The position numbers and the translations under genes were made by a program. The notes below the pieces were generated by a model. That model did not search any database, was not told the origin of the DNA, and was given only the letters and a program-made list of their open reading frames with translations. A DNA stretch of 64,000 bases from the NCBI GenBank assembly GCA_964252035.1, contig OZ176206.1, one strand, 5' to 3'. This document shows, piece after piece, positions 36,949 to 50,860 of this stretch. The stretch's first letter is position 1, and each line of letters opens with the position of its first letter. The DNA comes from Podarcis erhardii. Lineage: Eukaryota.

Positions 36949-38107
36949 CCAAGCCCAGTTTAGAGTGTTTGTCATCATACAGTAGCTGAATGTCTTCTGT
37001 TTTCTACAGATGGTGTTGTTTATATAGCATACATGAACAGAGACTTGCAGAGTGTCATTAAATAGGCCTTTTTTATAATTACTTGCAATTCCCATTGTAT
37101 AATTGGAGGACTTCAGCTGTTATATTAAACATTTTATGGAATTAGAGGTGCAGTTACACTTGAAGCTTGCATATTAACAATGAACGGGGGATGTTGTAAA
37201 CAACCACATGGTCCATTTTATTATGTTTACTCTTGGATTTGGCTGTGATACAAAGCTCTGTTTTTTTTTTTAAGGTAGCCTGTTCCTTTTATTAAAATGT
37301 TCCTTAATTAAAATTAAACAGAATGGCCTCCGGGAGTATAGACCTTGGATATTTCTCCATTAATCCACTGAGAGCTGTGGAAGAGTATTCAATGTAGGCT
37401 ACACATTATTATAAAGCTTTGAGAGAATCTAGCAGTGGTGAAGAACTTCAGACCTGGAGCTAAATTCTGGCCCTCCATCTATCTGGCCCTGGGGACTCTT
37501 CTCAGGCCCCACCCCACATTATATGCCATATGGCAAGATGGGACACCTCTGCATCTTCCCTAATTTCCTTTGTAGTGTCCTTTAGATCAAAAAGTACCTG
37601 AATGACAGTTCCAAACCCACAGGGGATTGTAAGGAGTTTCTTTTAAGCCTAAGAATAAGCAATCAGTTCAGTGAAATATTGTTAGCCCGCCAAGCCAAAT
37701 AATGATCAGAACAGAGTTGTCTTGGGTAGGTTGTGGAAAGCTAGGAGAAAAGGGGCAAAATGGACCCCTTGACCCAGGGAGCTCCATAATCCCAACACTG
37801 TACAGAGAATGCCCTCTTCCATGTCCCAGCCGCCCTAATGTATTCCCCTCCACTGTCCCAATTTGATAGAGACATCTCAGAATTACAGCAGCCACCCCAC
37901 ATCGCTGGTCAGCTCCATTCTGCTTGGTAGGTTGTAAGTTGGACAGGCCAGCTGTATAGAGTTTATGGGGTAATGGTGGAAATAACACATTGATTACTAT
38001 TCATTTGGTGGTTATTATAACAAAATGAACCATCAGTTCACTTGATATTCCTTTGCAAGCTAAGTGCTTCTGTAAAAGCATTCTCTTGAATGTTGCATTA
38101 ATTAAAA

Positions 38108-38345
38108 TTAACCTCGGTTTTCAAGCATCTCCGTTGATGAACATTTCAGTTTTTGAATGCCCTAAACCCAGAAGTAAATGCTTCAGTTTTCGAACATGCC
38201 TCGGAAGTTGAACATGCCATGTGGCTTCCACTGAGTCCAAGATCCTGAGGCCTAGCTGTCGGCTATTGAGTTTTCGGTTTTCAAACGTTTCAGAACTTGA
38301 ACGGTCTTCCAGAATGGATTACGTTAAAAAACTGAGGCACCACTG
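38108..38345. mobile_element. Tigger-like MITE, left TIR truncated
   Basis: Right TIR GAGGCACCACTG + TA (38346-38347); the left end retains only acctcggttttc. Confidence 0.65.
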
Positions 38346-41300
38346 TACTGTTTTAAAGTATGCTTAACTAGAGTGGGTTGAACATAATGATTCAACTTCC
38401 CCCTTTTTTTAATTACTCCGCTGGCTTAGATCACCCTTCCCTAATCGCATTCTTCAGCAGCCATCGTTCCCTGCATTGCAGGGGGTTGGACTAGATGACT
38501 GCTGTGGTCCCTTCCAACTGTGCGATTCTATGATTCCAAGGAAACAAAAAGGGGAAAGTGTGCTGTCCCCCTGAAATCTCTCATCATTTGGAGATTTGAG
38601 GCCATGCAATAATATGATTGAAAAGGGGGCGGGGCAGGCCAGGAGAAGGTAGAAAGTATCTTCCCCACGCCTAATCTGATAGCACTTGATTCATTCAGAG
38701 AAGAAAATGTTTGAATGTTGTGACATGCAGCATCGTGTAATGCCATTCCATATCAAGTTACCTGGAATTACATTGTGTCAGGCCAGGTTTGGTTCCCATG
38801 TGAAGTAATCTGAACCGACACGCTCTAAATTGAAGCAAGGAGATATGAGGTCCTGTCACACACAAACACCACTCCTTTGAAGGCTGGTGGTATCAGAGGC
38901 AGGTGTCAAGGGTGAGCAATGAACAGCAGTCTGGAGCAAATCAGGAACCAGGAGTCAGGACTGAAGAGTAATCAGGGTTGAAGGGGAAACGGGTTTGGCG
39001 AAGAAGCCAATAGTCAAGATCAAAGAACTATCAGCATCAAAGTGGACCCACCTGATCTGCCTATTCTGGATTCGTATACTGACTGGAACATAGCCGTCAA
39101 TCAGATGACCTATCTCTCCAAATTTCCTGAAGCAGTTTTGTTGCCAACCCCCCCCCCCAAAACACACACACACACACACGAAACTGCATATTTGATAAGG
39201 GGGGGAGGCATACGGTGGTGTGCATTTTAGAGGAAGTGCTTTGAATAACTTCTAGGAATGCATATTTTTTGGGGGGGCGAATGTCTAAAAATGTGAAAAG
39301 GGAGTAAAATGAAATTTTGTATGTGTTCCAGAAAAACTGCCAACTGTTGTGGCAACCTATTGGCTGCTGACCCATTCCAGGTAAGAGTGCCTGGCAATGG
39401 CCCCAAGCAGGCCTGATGAGGGTTGTGTGGCCTGTGGAGCCCCCCAAGAGCCTGACAGAGGCACAGTCAGCCCCCAGGACTGATGTTTCTCCACCTCTGC
39501 ACTGGATCACTCTGGGGATTTTGAGGAGTGAACAATTCCTGCTTCTGATGACAGCAGTGGCTACTAAGGACGAACTCATCTCTTAACCATGTCCCATATA
39601 ACTAGAGGGTTGAAGGTTAGAGAAACAACACAGTTATCTTTCTCTCCACAAGCAAGCAGGTGGATGGTGTCCCAATGTTTCTCATCAACAGGAGGACATT
39701 GATAGGCCTCATGTTTTCTGTGCCCTGGGGATGACCCTGGGTTCAAAAGTGGGTATTTGCTGAAAACCAGATGCTGCTTATTACAAATCAAGCATTTTGG
39801 GGGTAATTGAATTACATTCAAAGGCTTCATTCATTAACAAAGGCAATCAATCAAAAACTGGGAGTAAAACACAAGCTATTTTCTGCATAAAGGGAATGGA
39901 AGCTCGTCTAGTCTCAAAGGGCCAAAATGTGGTGTTCAAGATACTAATTTGACATGCGATATCTGCACATTACTTTCTCTTCCTTCTTATGACTGTAGAA
40001 TTGCATTGCGTGGGGCATCAGACTTCTGCCACTATTTTATTTTCCTTTCCACGTTCTCTAGAGTCAGGAGGGGGCTCAGGGGAAAAGTTTATTACATTAT
40101 TTCTTTATAGTAATCATTTTACAAAATGTCAAGATGGATAATGGCACACATATACCCTACAACCCTATGAGATCTTGGAAGATGTCCCAGGGTCATAAGG
40201 AAGTGCCGGATCTTCCTGTCTTAGGGTTAGGGTTATTCTTCCTCTCTTGTGAGACTAGAACTTAGGATCCTCCCATGAATGATTCAGGACAGACAACATA
40301 AAGTTCTTCTTTACACAGTGCATAGTTAAATGATGGGATTTGCTCCCACAAAAAGCAGTCAGAGCCACAAACTTGGATGGCTTTAAAAGAGGATTGACAA
40401 ATTCATGGAGGAGAGGGAGGGGAAAGGGAACCCAGGCACGATATTTGGCTCATTTTGCCCCAAATCTTTGTTTTTTCAGGCCACAAAACCTCGGGGGACC
40501 TGTGAATAGCAGAAGACTGGTAGAGAGAAAGTGGAGATAAAAATGCCCCTGTTCTAAAGATGCAACCTGCATTTCCCCCATTAACTTCACAGTTTGTTAT
40601 TTTGCTTTGATGACCTCTAAAGAAGAGACCTGCTGGCTTAGATTTGGGTGACATTTTCTTGTGGCATGGGGTACAAAGGAGGAAAGGGCCACTTAAGGCA
40701 CATTTCCTCCCACTCTCCCCCAGTAATGGCTCCATTTTCCCAGCCTAGCTCATCCATTACAGTAAATACACAATGGTTTGTCAAAAGATCAATAGTAATT
40801 CTTAGTCTTTGAAAGCCTTATTTATCCACTAGTCAACTAGGTGGTTCAAACGTAGGAACACTTAAGGGCTTGGTTTTACTGTCTCCTATGTGGCACAGGG
40901 AGTGATTACTCATACAAACAGCCTTAACTTAGTGTATGGGAGCAATCCCATGTCCTCCTGGAGCAAGAGAGACTTGGAGATATGTCGGCTGTTGGTGTCG
41001 CTGAAACTTTTAACACAGATGCACAGATTACAACATGTGTTAGCAACCCTTTCTAGCTGCTCAACCGCTTACCCTTCCCAGCACCTGAAAACAGCAGCCT
41101 CTTGGGGGGGGGGGAGGAGGCATAAGGTTTTGCCTGGAAGTCTTACTTGGGAAGGAAAAAACTCTGCCCCAACTGCAGCTGTCTTCCAGAGAGAGAAGCC
41201 TGTTTATATATAGCTCATTAAGGCAGTGGATCGCTGCGAAGGGGATGAAACCAAAAGAGAAGCTCCCCTTTGGGTTGGCTCCTGGAGGAAGTGATAATTC

Positions 41301-44300
41301 TGCTGCCTCTATACATTGGGAATGCATGAATGAGCCAATCACACCTTGTGCAAAGATAACACAGATTCACCCGAACTCCAGTGGAGGCTTCTTGGAAAGA
41401 TTGAAGGCCAGGATAACAAATCATATAGAGATTCAGCAGACAGACTCTTCTGTCTGCGAGTACTTTGGGTGAGCAGGGATATTGAGTTCTTGGTTTGCTT
41501 TATTTCTTGCTGACATGGACCAGGAAGTTCTCAACAACCTTCTTCCCAACGTAGTGGGGTGGTGGCTTTCACTTTTCTCTCTCACAACCCACATTTCATT
41601 ACTCTCAATTTTTGGTGGAGGCAGCAGTGCTGTTCTCAGGGGCTTCTGATGCCTTTCCATCTACTCACTGCCCTCAAATAATGCTACGTCTTGATTGTTC
41701 CAGGATGTCCTGGGGGGCAAATGATGACTACTATCAAGGTGAAGTACTGCTGAGTTTGCTTCCCATCCAAGAAAATGATCCAGATACCTCCCTTTTGTGA
41801 CCTGTTCATAGGGATGGAAGAATCCGTCAATTTCAGTTTCTCTCAGTTTCTCTTTTTTTCCCTGGGGTGGGGTGAGGGAAATAAAATAAGAAGTCCTCAT
41901 GAAAACCCACCAGTTCTTTAGTGCAAATGTATGCTAATATACACATCTGCATCCAAATTTCCCTATTATACACAATGTTGTCTAAAATAATGCAACTTTG
42001 CATGTTAGCTTGGCAAATATATGCATTTTAATGCAACTTTACCCTAGTGTATGCATTTCTGTGCATATTGCTTGGCTGGAGAAATGCATGGCAGAGTTTG
42101 GAGAAGTGCGAATTTCACAGACTAACTGTGATTCATATTGTTTTGGAGATCACAAATTAGGGAGTTTTGCCTTTCAGTGCTAAGTGAATTGAATTTCTTC
42201 TCCACCTGTGAATCGGGCTGCAAAGTGGGGTGGTGGGTTTCAACACACCATTTGCGCTCTCATTGCAAATGAATGCATTGCTCTATGCACTTTGAAATTA
42301 CTGCTTATATATGCACCATAATCTTTCAACTCCCATTTTTTGCTTGAGGAGTCCCCCCTGCCCACCACTCTCTCAAACTCAAGATACATCTCCCCCCTCC
42401 TTTCTTTTTTGTTAACAGGCAAATATGAAATCAATTCCATTTATGTGAATGGATCTTTCAGCAATCTTGAAGTTTATGATGAGGACACTCAAGGCAGAAT
42501 GTAACCAATACAGCTGCATTTTCTAAAAAAATGAAATTAAAACATGATGAGCAGAATGACAGAGATAAAAAATGAGATGCAAAGAGTTTTGAAAAGTGAG
42601 AATGAGCAATCTTTCTCGACACTAAAAGGCTTGTCTATTTTTCATGTTTACGCCGATCGGCTGTTTCTGTGTTCATAATTTCCTGCTCCATCATCAATCA
42701 TTGTCAATTTTGAAAAAGTACCATACTTAGGGTCATTTATCCAGGCCCAGCAGAGTCTAAAATTATGCAGCTTCAGTCAAATATACATGAATAAAGACTG
42801 TCATTTCTGATTAATGACATGTGACTTGAGTGTGTTACAGAATCATCTCCCTATCCAAGCTTTACAAAAAGGTTATTCTATAAGGAACATTCTGTCTTAT
42901 TCTGATTTCCCTTTTTCTTTTCCAGAACTGAACCCGGGTATTGGCATTTATTTTCCCACTGGAAATGGTTAGTGGACGTAGGAAATTGCCGTATACAGAG
43001 GCATTGGTCTCAGCACAGAATTATGTACAGTAGGGCAGTAGAATCTAGCCTGTTAAGGGCAAACGGGCTACCAATCTATATCTGCCTTCATCCAGTCTCC
43101 ATCTCTCTGCCTTTCCTACTTACAGCCATTCCAGCAGGGGGGTGGCACCACCTCTCAGCTTCCTCCTCAGTCTCAGAGCTGCACTCTACATGGTAGAGGA
43201 TGGGGAGCAAACTAAAATGCATTGCCATTGCCTGCCATTGGCCCAGCTGCCAGCCACTGACATAGGCTGAGGCCACTGCGTCAGGCGGTAGAAACCCCCC
43301 AAGCAGCATGCCCCCACCTGCCCTGCCACCTCTGCCAGTGGTGAAGCACCACCACCATTGGTACTGGTTTCAGGCAAGATCATGTCCATTGGGGGCAAGA
43401 TCTCATCTGAGTGTGCAAGACCTCACACAATGTTGGGGTGAGATCTCACCCCAAATCAGCACGATCTTGCATGAAATCAGCATCAACGGTGGCATCACTT
43501 CTCTGCCAGATGTCTATGTGGTGGGGCAAGTGGTGGTAGAGAGAATGGTGACCTCAGGAGCAGGTGGGTGGTGGCAGGAGCAGTGCCAGCAGCGGGGCAA
43601 GGTGGCACTTTCAATTTCGCCTCATGGGGCAAAATGGGTCGTGCCACCCTTGGTTTTGGGTACCTGAATTCTGCCCTATGAGTCTCAGTGAGCTCCAGCC
43701 TCCACGGCAGCAGGGATCTGACCCACCAGATGTTGATGGATGTCCACCTCTTTCATCCCTGCCATGGGCCATGCTTCCAGGGGCTGATGTAAGTCGGAGC
43801 CCAACAACATAAGAATGGACACTGGTGGGTCACCATTCCTTGTCTACACTGATGCTTAGCATCTCTCTAAGAAGTCTCCCCCACCCCTACCTGGAGAAGT
43901 AGGGGAGGATATGACTATCAATGGCTACTAGGCAGGATGGCTATGCTCTGCCTCCATAGCTGGAAACCAGTTGCTAGAAAGCTCAGGAGGGGAGAAGGCA
44001 CTTGTGCTCAGGTCCTGCTTGTGGGTTTCCCAGAAACACCCGGTTGGCCATTGTGAGAACAGAATTCTGGACTGGCCTGATTCAGCAGGCTCTTCTCACG
44101 TTCTTATTGCCAGGATCTGAACCTGGGGTAACATGCAAAGCAAGCACTCTGCCCCTGAGCTACAGCCCCTCCAAAGCAGGGGAGTTTACATGCATCTATA
44201 ACATGTGCGACAAATGTTTTTGCCGGGTGTGGTTTATCCAGACAGAGGCTTGCTTTTTCTATTTTCCTTTACTTGCCCAAGATTGCTTTCTCTATTATGG

Positions 44301-44914
44301 AAAGAATAATCCACGTAAGATACTAATTTCATTGAACTGAGTGCACATTAAAAGAAAATCCTACCATTTTGACATCAATTGCTATTTTTACGGTTCATCA
44401 GTCCTGCTCTATTCCAGCTCATAATGGAACACAAAAGAGAATGAACATGAATTTGGAAATGGAAATGATAAAAGGATCACACGAGGCTGCATTATTCTAT
44501 GTCAGACAGTTGGTCCATCTAGTCTGGTATCATCTGCTTTGACTAGCAAGGGCTCTCCATTCCAGGGTCTTTTGTAGCCAGGCTATGTGAGATATTCTTA
44601 AGGGGTAGGCACTCTGGACTGAAATGGGAAGTTTCAGTATTTCAAAGATGTGCTGCACTGCTGTCATTGGTAGGGCCTTTGTCATTTTCTGGGCCTGAGC
44701 GGATCCCTGATGCTCAGGGTTCCTTGCTAGACTTCCTTGTTTAGGCCCTATTTAGGGAAATTTTTCATGTTTAATGTTGTATTGTGTTTTTAATATTTGG
44801 TTGGGAGCCAGATGGGTGGGGTATAAATAATAAATTATTATTATAAATTATTATTGAATTTCTGGCATTGGGATTGTGGACAGACAGCAAAGAAGGCTCA
44901 CTTGGGTCACAGCT

Positions 44915-45235
44915 ACACTGTACATTTAATGCACCATGATACTGCTTTCACAATCATGGCCTTTCTTAAAGAATTCTGTGAGCTGCTGTTCATTAAGGGT
45001 GTTGAGAATTATTTGGTAGTCCCTATTCCTCCCACAGAGCTACATTTCACAGAGTGGTTAACAACCAATCCTTCTTCCCAGGGAACTTTGTGAATTGCAG
45101 CTCTTGGGGGAGGATAGGGGTCTCCTAACAACTCCCAGAAGCCTTAGCAAACTCCCAGAATTCCTTGGGGGAAGCCATGACATGTTTAAAATGACATCAC
45201 AATGCTTTACATGTATGGTGCAAATATAATCAGGA
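44915..45235. mobile_element. Palindromic non-autonomous DNA element (aaagaattctg/gagctacaattcccag family)
   Basis: The two halves are degenerate inverted repeats; partial copies at ~33090-33290, ~35170-35320, ~46850-47030, ~49130-49290 and ~51660-51780. Confidence 0.65.
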
Positions 45236-45340
45236 TATTCTAAGAGAAAAGAGAGGGGAGAGAATTGATTTTGAATGTACAGACTCACATCAATCTTTAC
45301 TTCTTTTCCAGCTCTGGGAGGGGAATTTGGGGTCTCCTAT

Positions 45341-45660
45341 CACTGTGGTCTAAACCACAGAGCCCAGGGGTTGCTGATCAGAAGGTTGGCGGTTCGAATC
45401 CCTGCAAAAGGGTGAGCTCCCGTTGCTCGGTCCCTGCTCCTGCCAACCTAGCAGTTCGAAAGCACGAAGTGCAAGTAGATAAATAGATACCGCTCTGGCG
45501 GGAAGGTAAACGACATTTCCGTGTGCTGCTCTGGTTTGCCAGAAGCGGCTTAGTCATGCTGGCCACATGACCCAGAAGCTGTATGCTGGCTCCCTCGGCC
45601 AATAAAGCAAGATGAGCACCAGAGTCGTCCATGACTGGTCAGGGGTCCCTTTACGTTTAC
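45341..45660 (+). mobile_element. Near full-length Sauria SINE
   Basis: ctgtggtctaaaccac..tcagaaggttggcggttcgaatccc (B box)..gtgagctcccgttgctcggtccctgctcctgccaacctagcagttcgaaagcac..gctggccacatgaccc..ggggtccctttacgttta. Confidence 0.92.
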
Positions 45661-45841
45661 CTATCAACTCTCAGTATCCTTAAAATTCCTAGGATTATTT
45701 GGGCGACACCAAGACTGTTAAAGTGGCATTATAGCATAAGCTCTGATGAAAATAGGGATGTCTCATTCCATAATGACTATTTATACCCCACACATCTGAC
45801 TGGGTTGCACCAGGCACTCAAGGCAGCTTCCAACATATAAA

Positions 45842-46030
45842 CCCCCTTCCCTATACAGGATTGCCGTCAGACACCTTGGGGGCGGATAACTCAATACCCT
45901 GCAACATTTCTCCATTGAAAATAGGGATATCCTAAGAAAAAGCTGGACACTCTGGGATCAGCTCAGAAACCAGGATGACCTCAATGAATCAGGAGTGTCC
46001 ATGGAAAATAGGGACACTTGGACGGTCTGT
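45842..46030 (-). mobile_element. hAT-like interspersed repeat (aaaatagggac family)
   Basis: Reverse complement of 62713-62880 (cagaccttccaagtgtccctattttcc...ggagaaatgttgg...ggcaatcctgtatagggaag). Confidence 0.7.
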
Positions 46031-47048
46031 TATAGCGCTTTAAAAGCATGGTGCAGAGGTATTCTTGGCTGCATGCATAAGAAACCTACTTTAGCACTCT
46101 ATCATTAGGTCATGTCTGCAGTATTTTCCAGCACCTGCCCCATCACTTCCACTGGACACGTGAATAATCCCAGTGATCATTTTCAAACGAGCTCTCCAAA
46201 GCATTCACGGCGCCACTCTGCTCCTGGCCTCCTGCTAGCTAGGGCTGACTCCATCTCTGAGATGTTATTCCCCACATCACTAATGTTCAAAATCTCTGTG
46301 TAAGAAAAGAAACAATGTTAGCAATAGAAATGGGCTGGTAACGGATTCACAGATGTCTTAACCTTTACACCGTCTCCGGTTACATTGGTTTGTACAAGAT
46401 GAACTGCGTTATGAAGTAAATAGATTGGCTTTAAGGAAAAGGTCAGGACATATGTTCGGCTAAAAACTAATTTCACTCTATTGCCCTGTAACCTACTGCT
46501 CCCATCTTTACAAGGGGATAGAATGGTTGGAAGCTTGCATTAATTATCTCTGTGATATAAGGCTTGGCCATCCCTGGAGAATATGCATGGAAATGAGGTG
46601 GTATGTATTCAAGAATATTGCTTTTGGTTAAGGGAATGTTTGCCATATGCTCCAGCTCCACTCTGCTATATTTGAAAGGCTATACAGAATTTAAAAGTAA
46701 CATGATTCTGTGTAAGTTTGTTGAGATCATCATCATTATTGCCATTACCTGGTGTCTTTTCCACTGATATCTAACCCTCTATGTAAGATGAATCACACTC
46801 TGATAAGAAATATGATGATAGATAGATAGATGATAGATGGAGGTGTAGGCTGTGTACACACCACACATCTAAAGCATATTTAACCCCCTCCCCCCAAAAG
46901 GATCCAGGGAACTGTAGTTTACTCTAAGAGAGCTACAATTCCCAGAACCCTTAACAAACTATAGTTCTGTGAATTCTTTGGAGGAGGGAAGCAATGGGCT
47001 TTAAGTATATAGCATGTATGCAGCTGTGGGTGTAGACACATATTAAAT

Positions 47049-47932
47049 TGAGGGGGCAACTCCCATCTCTTGCGGGGGTGCAATTAGTGCCAGCACCGTC
47101 CGTTAAGAGTTTGGGTGTAATCTTCGATACCTCCCTCTCTATGGAGGCGCAGATTACAGCTATAACAAAGGCGGCATTTTTTCATCTCCGCCAAGCTAAG
47201 CAGTTGGCCCCTTATCTCTCTCGCCCTGACCTAGCCACTGTGATCCATGCGACGGTCACCTCCAGACTGGATTATTGTAACTCGCTCTACGTGGGGCTGC
47301 CCTTAAGACTGACCCAGAAACTCCAGCGGGTGCAGAATGCCGCGGCGAGACTCCTTATGGGGTCTTCGCTGCGAGATCACATTCAACCGGTACTATACCA
47401 GCTGCACTGGCTCCCGGTGGAGTACAGGATCAGGTTTAAGGTGCTGGTTTTAACCTTTAAAGCCCTATACGGCCTAGGACCCTCGTACCTACGGGACCGC
47501 CTCTCCTGGTATGCCCCACAGAGAAACCTACGGTCTGCAAATAATAACATCCTCAAGGTCCCAGGCCTCAGAGAGGTTAGGCTGGCCTCAACTAGAGCCA
47601 GGGCCTTCTCGGCTGCGGCTCCAATCTGGTGGAACGCTCTGTCACAAGAGACTAGGGCCCTGCGGGACCTGACATCCTTCCGCAGGGCCTGCAAGACAGA
47701 GTTGTTCCACCAGGCCTTTGGTCAGGGCGCAGCCTGACTCCCTCCTCTGGCAACCTGCTTAGAATCTTGCTTAATTAGTTGCCATTAATTTGATTTTAAT
47801 TGATTTTTATAATGTAATATTTTTAGAATGTGTGAATATCTGATGGTTTGATTGTTGATTGTTGTTAGCCGCCCTGAGCCCGGCTTCGGCTGGGGAGGGC
47901 GGGATATAAATAAAATTTATTATTATTATTAT
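47049..47932 (+). mobile_element. Young 5'-truncated L2 LINE with uninterrupted ORF2 C-terminus
   Basis: 229-codon open frame 47048-47737 (VKSLGVIFD..SRLDYCNSL..LQRVQNAAARL..LHWLPV..RIRFKVL), CpG-rich; 3'UTR; (TAT)n tail; TATTAAAT at 47041-47048 and 47933-47940. Confidence 0.95.
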
Positions 47933-49741
47933 TATTAAATGACATCAAATGTAAGAAAAAAAAAATAGAAGAAGACATAGGATTCTGAAAGGTATCTGCC
48001 ACAATCTGTGTGTGAAAGTTTTGCATAGGAACTGGTGGCAATGCATTGTCTTAAATAGAATGATAATTAAGAATTAGTCATGCTTTAACAGATGTGCCAG
48101 GCAGAATGCTGAATCGATATGCCACTCCGGTGGAAATATATATATATATATATTCTATTCCCGTTGAACAGACACTGTAGCGGTTAGTGTGTCTGATTAG
48201 GACCAGGGAGACTCCGATCCATACTCAGCCATGAATCCGACTGGGTGGCCTTGTCCCAGTTACTCTCTTTTCAGCCTAATCTAATTTACAGGGTTGTTGT
48301 GAGGATCAATCGGAGAGGAGGAACCATGCTTGTTGCCTAGAGCTGCTTGGAGGGATGGGTGGGATGCAAATGTTCAGCAACCCACTGCTTTTCACAAGGC
48401 TGGGATGAGGGGAAGGGAGAATGAGATGTGCCGGAATAGAACTTTAACTAGGGCAAACAGTATGTAAGGTAATAGAACAGGATGAAATCCAGCCATAACC
48501 GTGCAAAAGAACACTCCAGTGAGTGTTGGCTGGTGAATGGGAATTTAAAATTGAAGTGTAGAAGTGAAGGTGTTAATCCACTTTTTGTTTGTTTGTTTGT
48601 TTAAATGGTCTGGGGATAGATATGTTCTTTTTACTTAAGAGCAACAGAAGATCCTTTTGGATCAGGCCATGCAGCCCCCAAAATGTTAGCCAACCCTGGT
48701 TTAGAGTGTTGGGTTAGGACCATGGAAAACTGGGTTCAAATCTCTGCAAGACCACAAACAATCAATTGCTAATTCTCATTGTAGCCTACATTACAGGGTT
48801 GCTTCAAGGATAAAATAGGTTTTAAAAAATAGGTTGCATGCATGCCAATTATGAAAAAAAAAAAACCTCTTGCTTTCAATGGGTTGCAGGGTCTGAACTT
48901 TCAAAGGACTGCATGGTTTATGAATAGTTCAAATTTGGTTACATACACACACAAAAAACTTATCTAACAGTGAAGTTAGCCTGTGCTGATGACTGTGGAG
49001 CTAAAATGAGGTTACTGAGGAACAAGAGGGAGAGATCATTAAGCTTGGGAAAAACACAACATTGTAGAGGAACAATAAATCTTTTAGGCCCCCTCCCCCT
49101 GCTCCGGGCCATGAAGAAAGCACACACTCAGGCTGTGTACACATCATACATTAAAGCACACTTCAAAGAATCTTGGGACCTGTAGTTTGTTAAGGGTGCT
49201 GGGAATTATAGCTCTGTGAGGGGTAGACTATGGTTCCTAGGATTCTTGGGTGGGTGGCTGCTTTAAATGTATGGTGTGTCCATCGTGTGAAGGAGAAAAA
49301 GTGATGTTGAGGAACAGAATGTTCTGGAAAAGGTCATGGGCAGCCTGGTTGGAAGGAGCCCAGAAGAGGAGCACACCTGGAAGTGCAAAATTGAGTTACT
49401 GGTGCAGCCTCAATGCCCTGTTCAAGGCAGAAAGGAATAGAGAGAACCTGGTTTTTCCTGTGCACCTTAGGAGCCTGTGTTTCTGTCTTTGCCAGAGTTG
49501 CATTTTCTGCACATGTTAGATACCAGTAACTCTTCAAAATGTGCAAAGCCAACCCAGGGCTTTCAGAGTCAAGCCTTTCTGGATATGATGCTAAATTTGA
49601 CCACCAAGTAAGAAAATACTGCATAATGTGAAAATGAATCTTAATAAGCGTTCTCATTTCTTGGAATTACGGAGTTGATGGGGTGAAATTGTAAGCAGGC
49701 AGTTCAGAATCTACAGTTTCAAAAGAGCAGTTCCTTATCCC

Positions 49742-49784
<43 letters not shown>

Positions 49785-50118
49785 ATCCATGTCAAGATGC
49801 CAGTTCAATCTGCTGGCCAATTAAAAGAGCATTCATTTGTTCATACATCTCCCCAGAGCCTTTTACACAGAAGGCAGCAATAGTTAATACCTTGCTATCA
49901 TTTTTCATGCTTAAGACCTCACACAGGCCAATGGTAGCTTTGCTTTAAAATGTACACATGCATAGATAATAACGATTGGGTTTCCCCTTGTAGTGTCTCG
50001 CTTGTGGGGAGGGGGATAACAAGTTGACTGAAGACAAATTGCCAAGAAAAGTATATGAATGGTTTTGCTCTAAAAACTGACACATTGATAGAAATGCAGT
50101 GGTGGTTGGTGTTCATTG

Positions 50119-50541
50119 CATAGGAGCCAACTCCAGGGGACCGTGTGGGTGCTTGGGCCCCCACAATAATATAATTGTGGGGGCCGGGCATCCACAAATT
50201 CAGTGAGAAAACCTGGAAGGTGGCAGTGATGCTGCCTCTGAGAGAGAAGCAGTTCAGCTCAGTCCTCGGAGCCCAGCTGGGCACCTTTTTCTTGGGAGGG
50301 GGTCTGGATGTGGAGGCTCTCTGTCTCCAAGTCTCTCTGTCTCCAAGTCTCTCTGTCTCCAAGTCCATCCCCCTCCCTGTGGAAAAGGGTGCCTCGCTTA
50401 CTGCAGAGAGGAGGAGGAGGAGGAGGGAGGAGGAGGAGGAAAAAGGAGCTACCACTGCCAACTGCTGCAACACGGATGTGCGATATCACGCACTCTAGCC
50501 TCTGGGCACCCACAATCCTGAGGGAGAGTTGGCACCCCTGG
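50119..50541. mobile_element. hAT-superfamily MITE
   Basis: Perfect 8-bp TSD GTTCATTG (50111-50118 and 50542-50549); degenerate TIRs CATAGGAGCCAACTC / GAGTTGGCACCCCTGG. Confidence 0.85.
50318..50365. repeat. Perfect 16-bp tandem triplication (TCTCTGTCTCCAAGTC)x3
   Basis: Units at 50318, 50334 and 50350. Confidence 0.97.
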
Positions 50542-50860
50542 GTTCATTGGAAGGGTGAAAGGCAGGGAGCCAACAGCAGGGGGACCCACATCCAATATTA
50601 GGCAGAACAAGGACCAATGGTAGGCGGAGCCAACTAACTCTAGTTTTTCTTTCTACCCCTTTCCTTGCTGAGGAAAACAAGGACAGAACTGAGACTCGGG
50701 AGGAGGAAGCTGAAAGGGCAGTGCTTGTTGCACAACCCTTAAACTGGTTGTAAGAAGGTGCGTTGGTGGAACAGTGTCCCATTCACACAAATGGCCCGCC
50801 TCCCCTGTAGAAATTGCAACTTAATGTCAGAAAATCGATCACACTCTACATTCAAACTAG

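Noticed and set aside
38774-39125. Possible LTR starting tgtgtcaggccagg
   Set aside because: No matching CA end with a target-site duplication found; left unclassified.
39410-39560. CTGATGA hammerhead-like cores (also ~45751)
   Set aside because: No appropriately spaced GAAA or stem pairing nearby.
47383-47694. 103-aa minus-strand ORF
   Set aside because: Antisense shadow of the GC-rich L2 ORF2.
49919-50601. Overlapping 84-184 aa ORFs
   Set aside because: They run through a MITE, a 16-mer tandem repeat and (GGA)n; low complexity with no domain signature.
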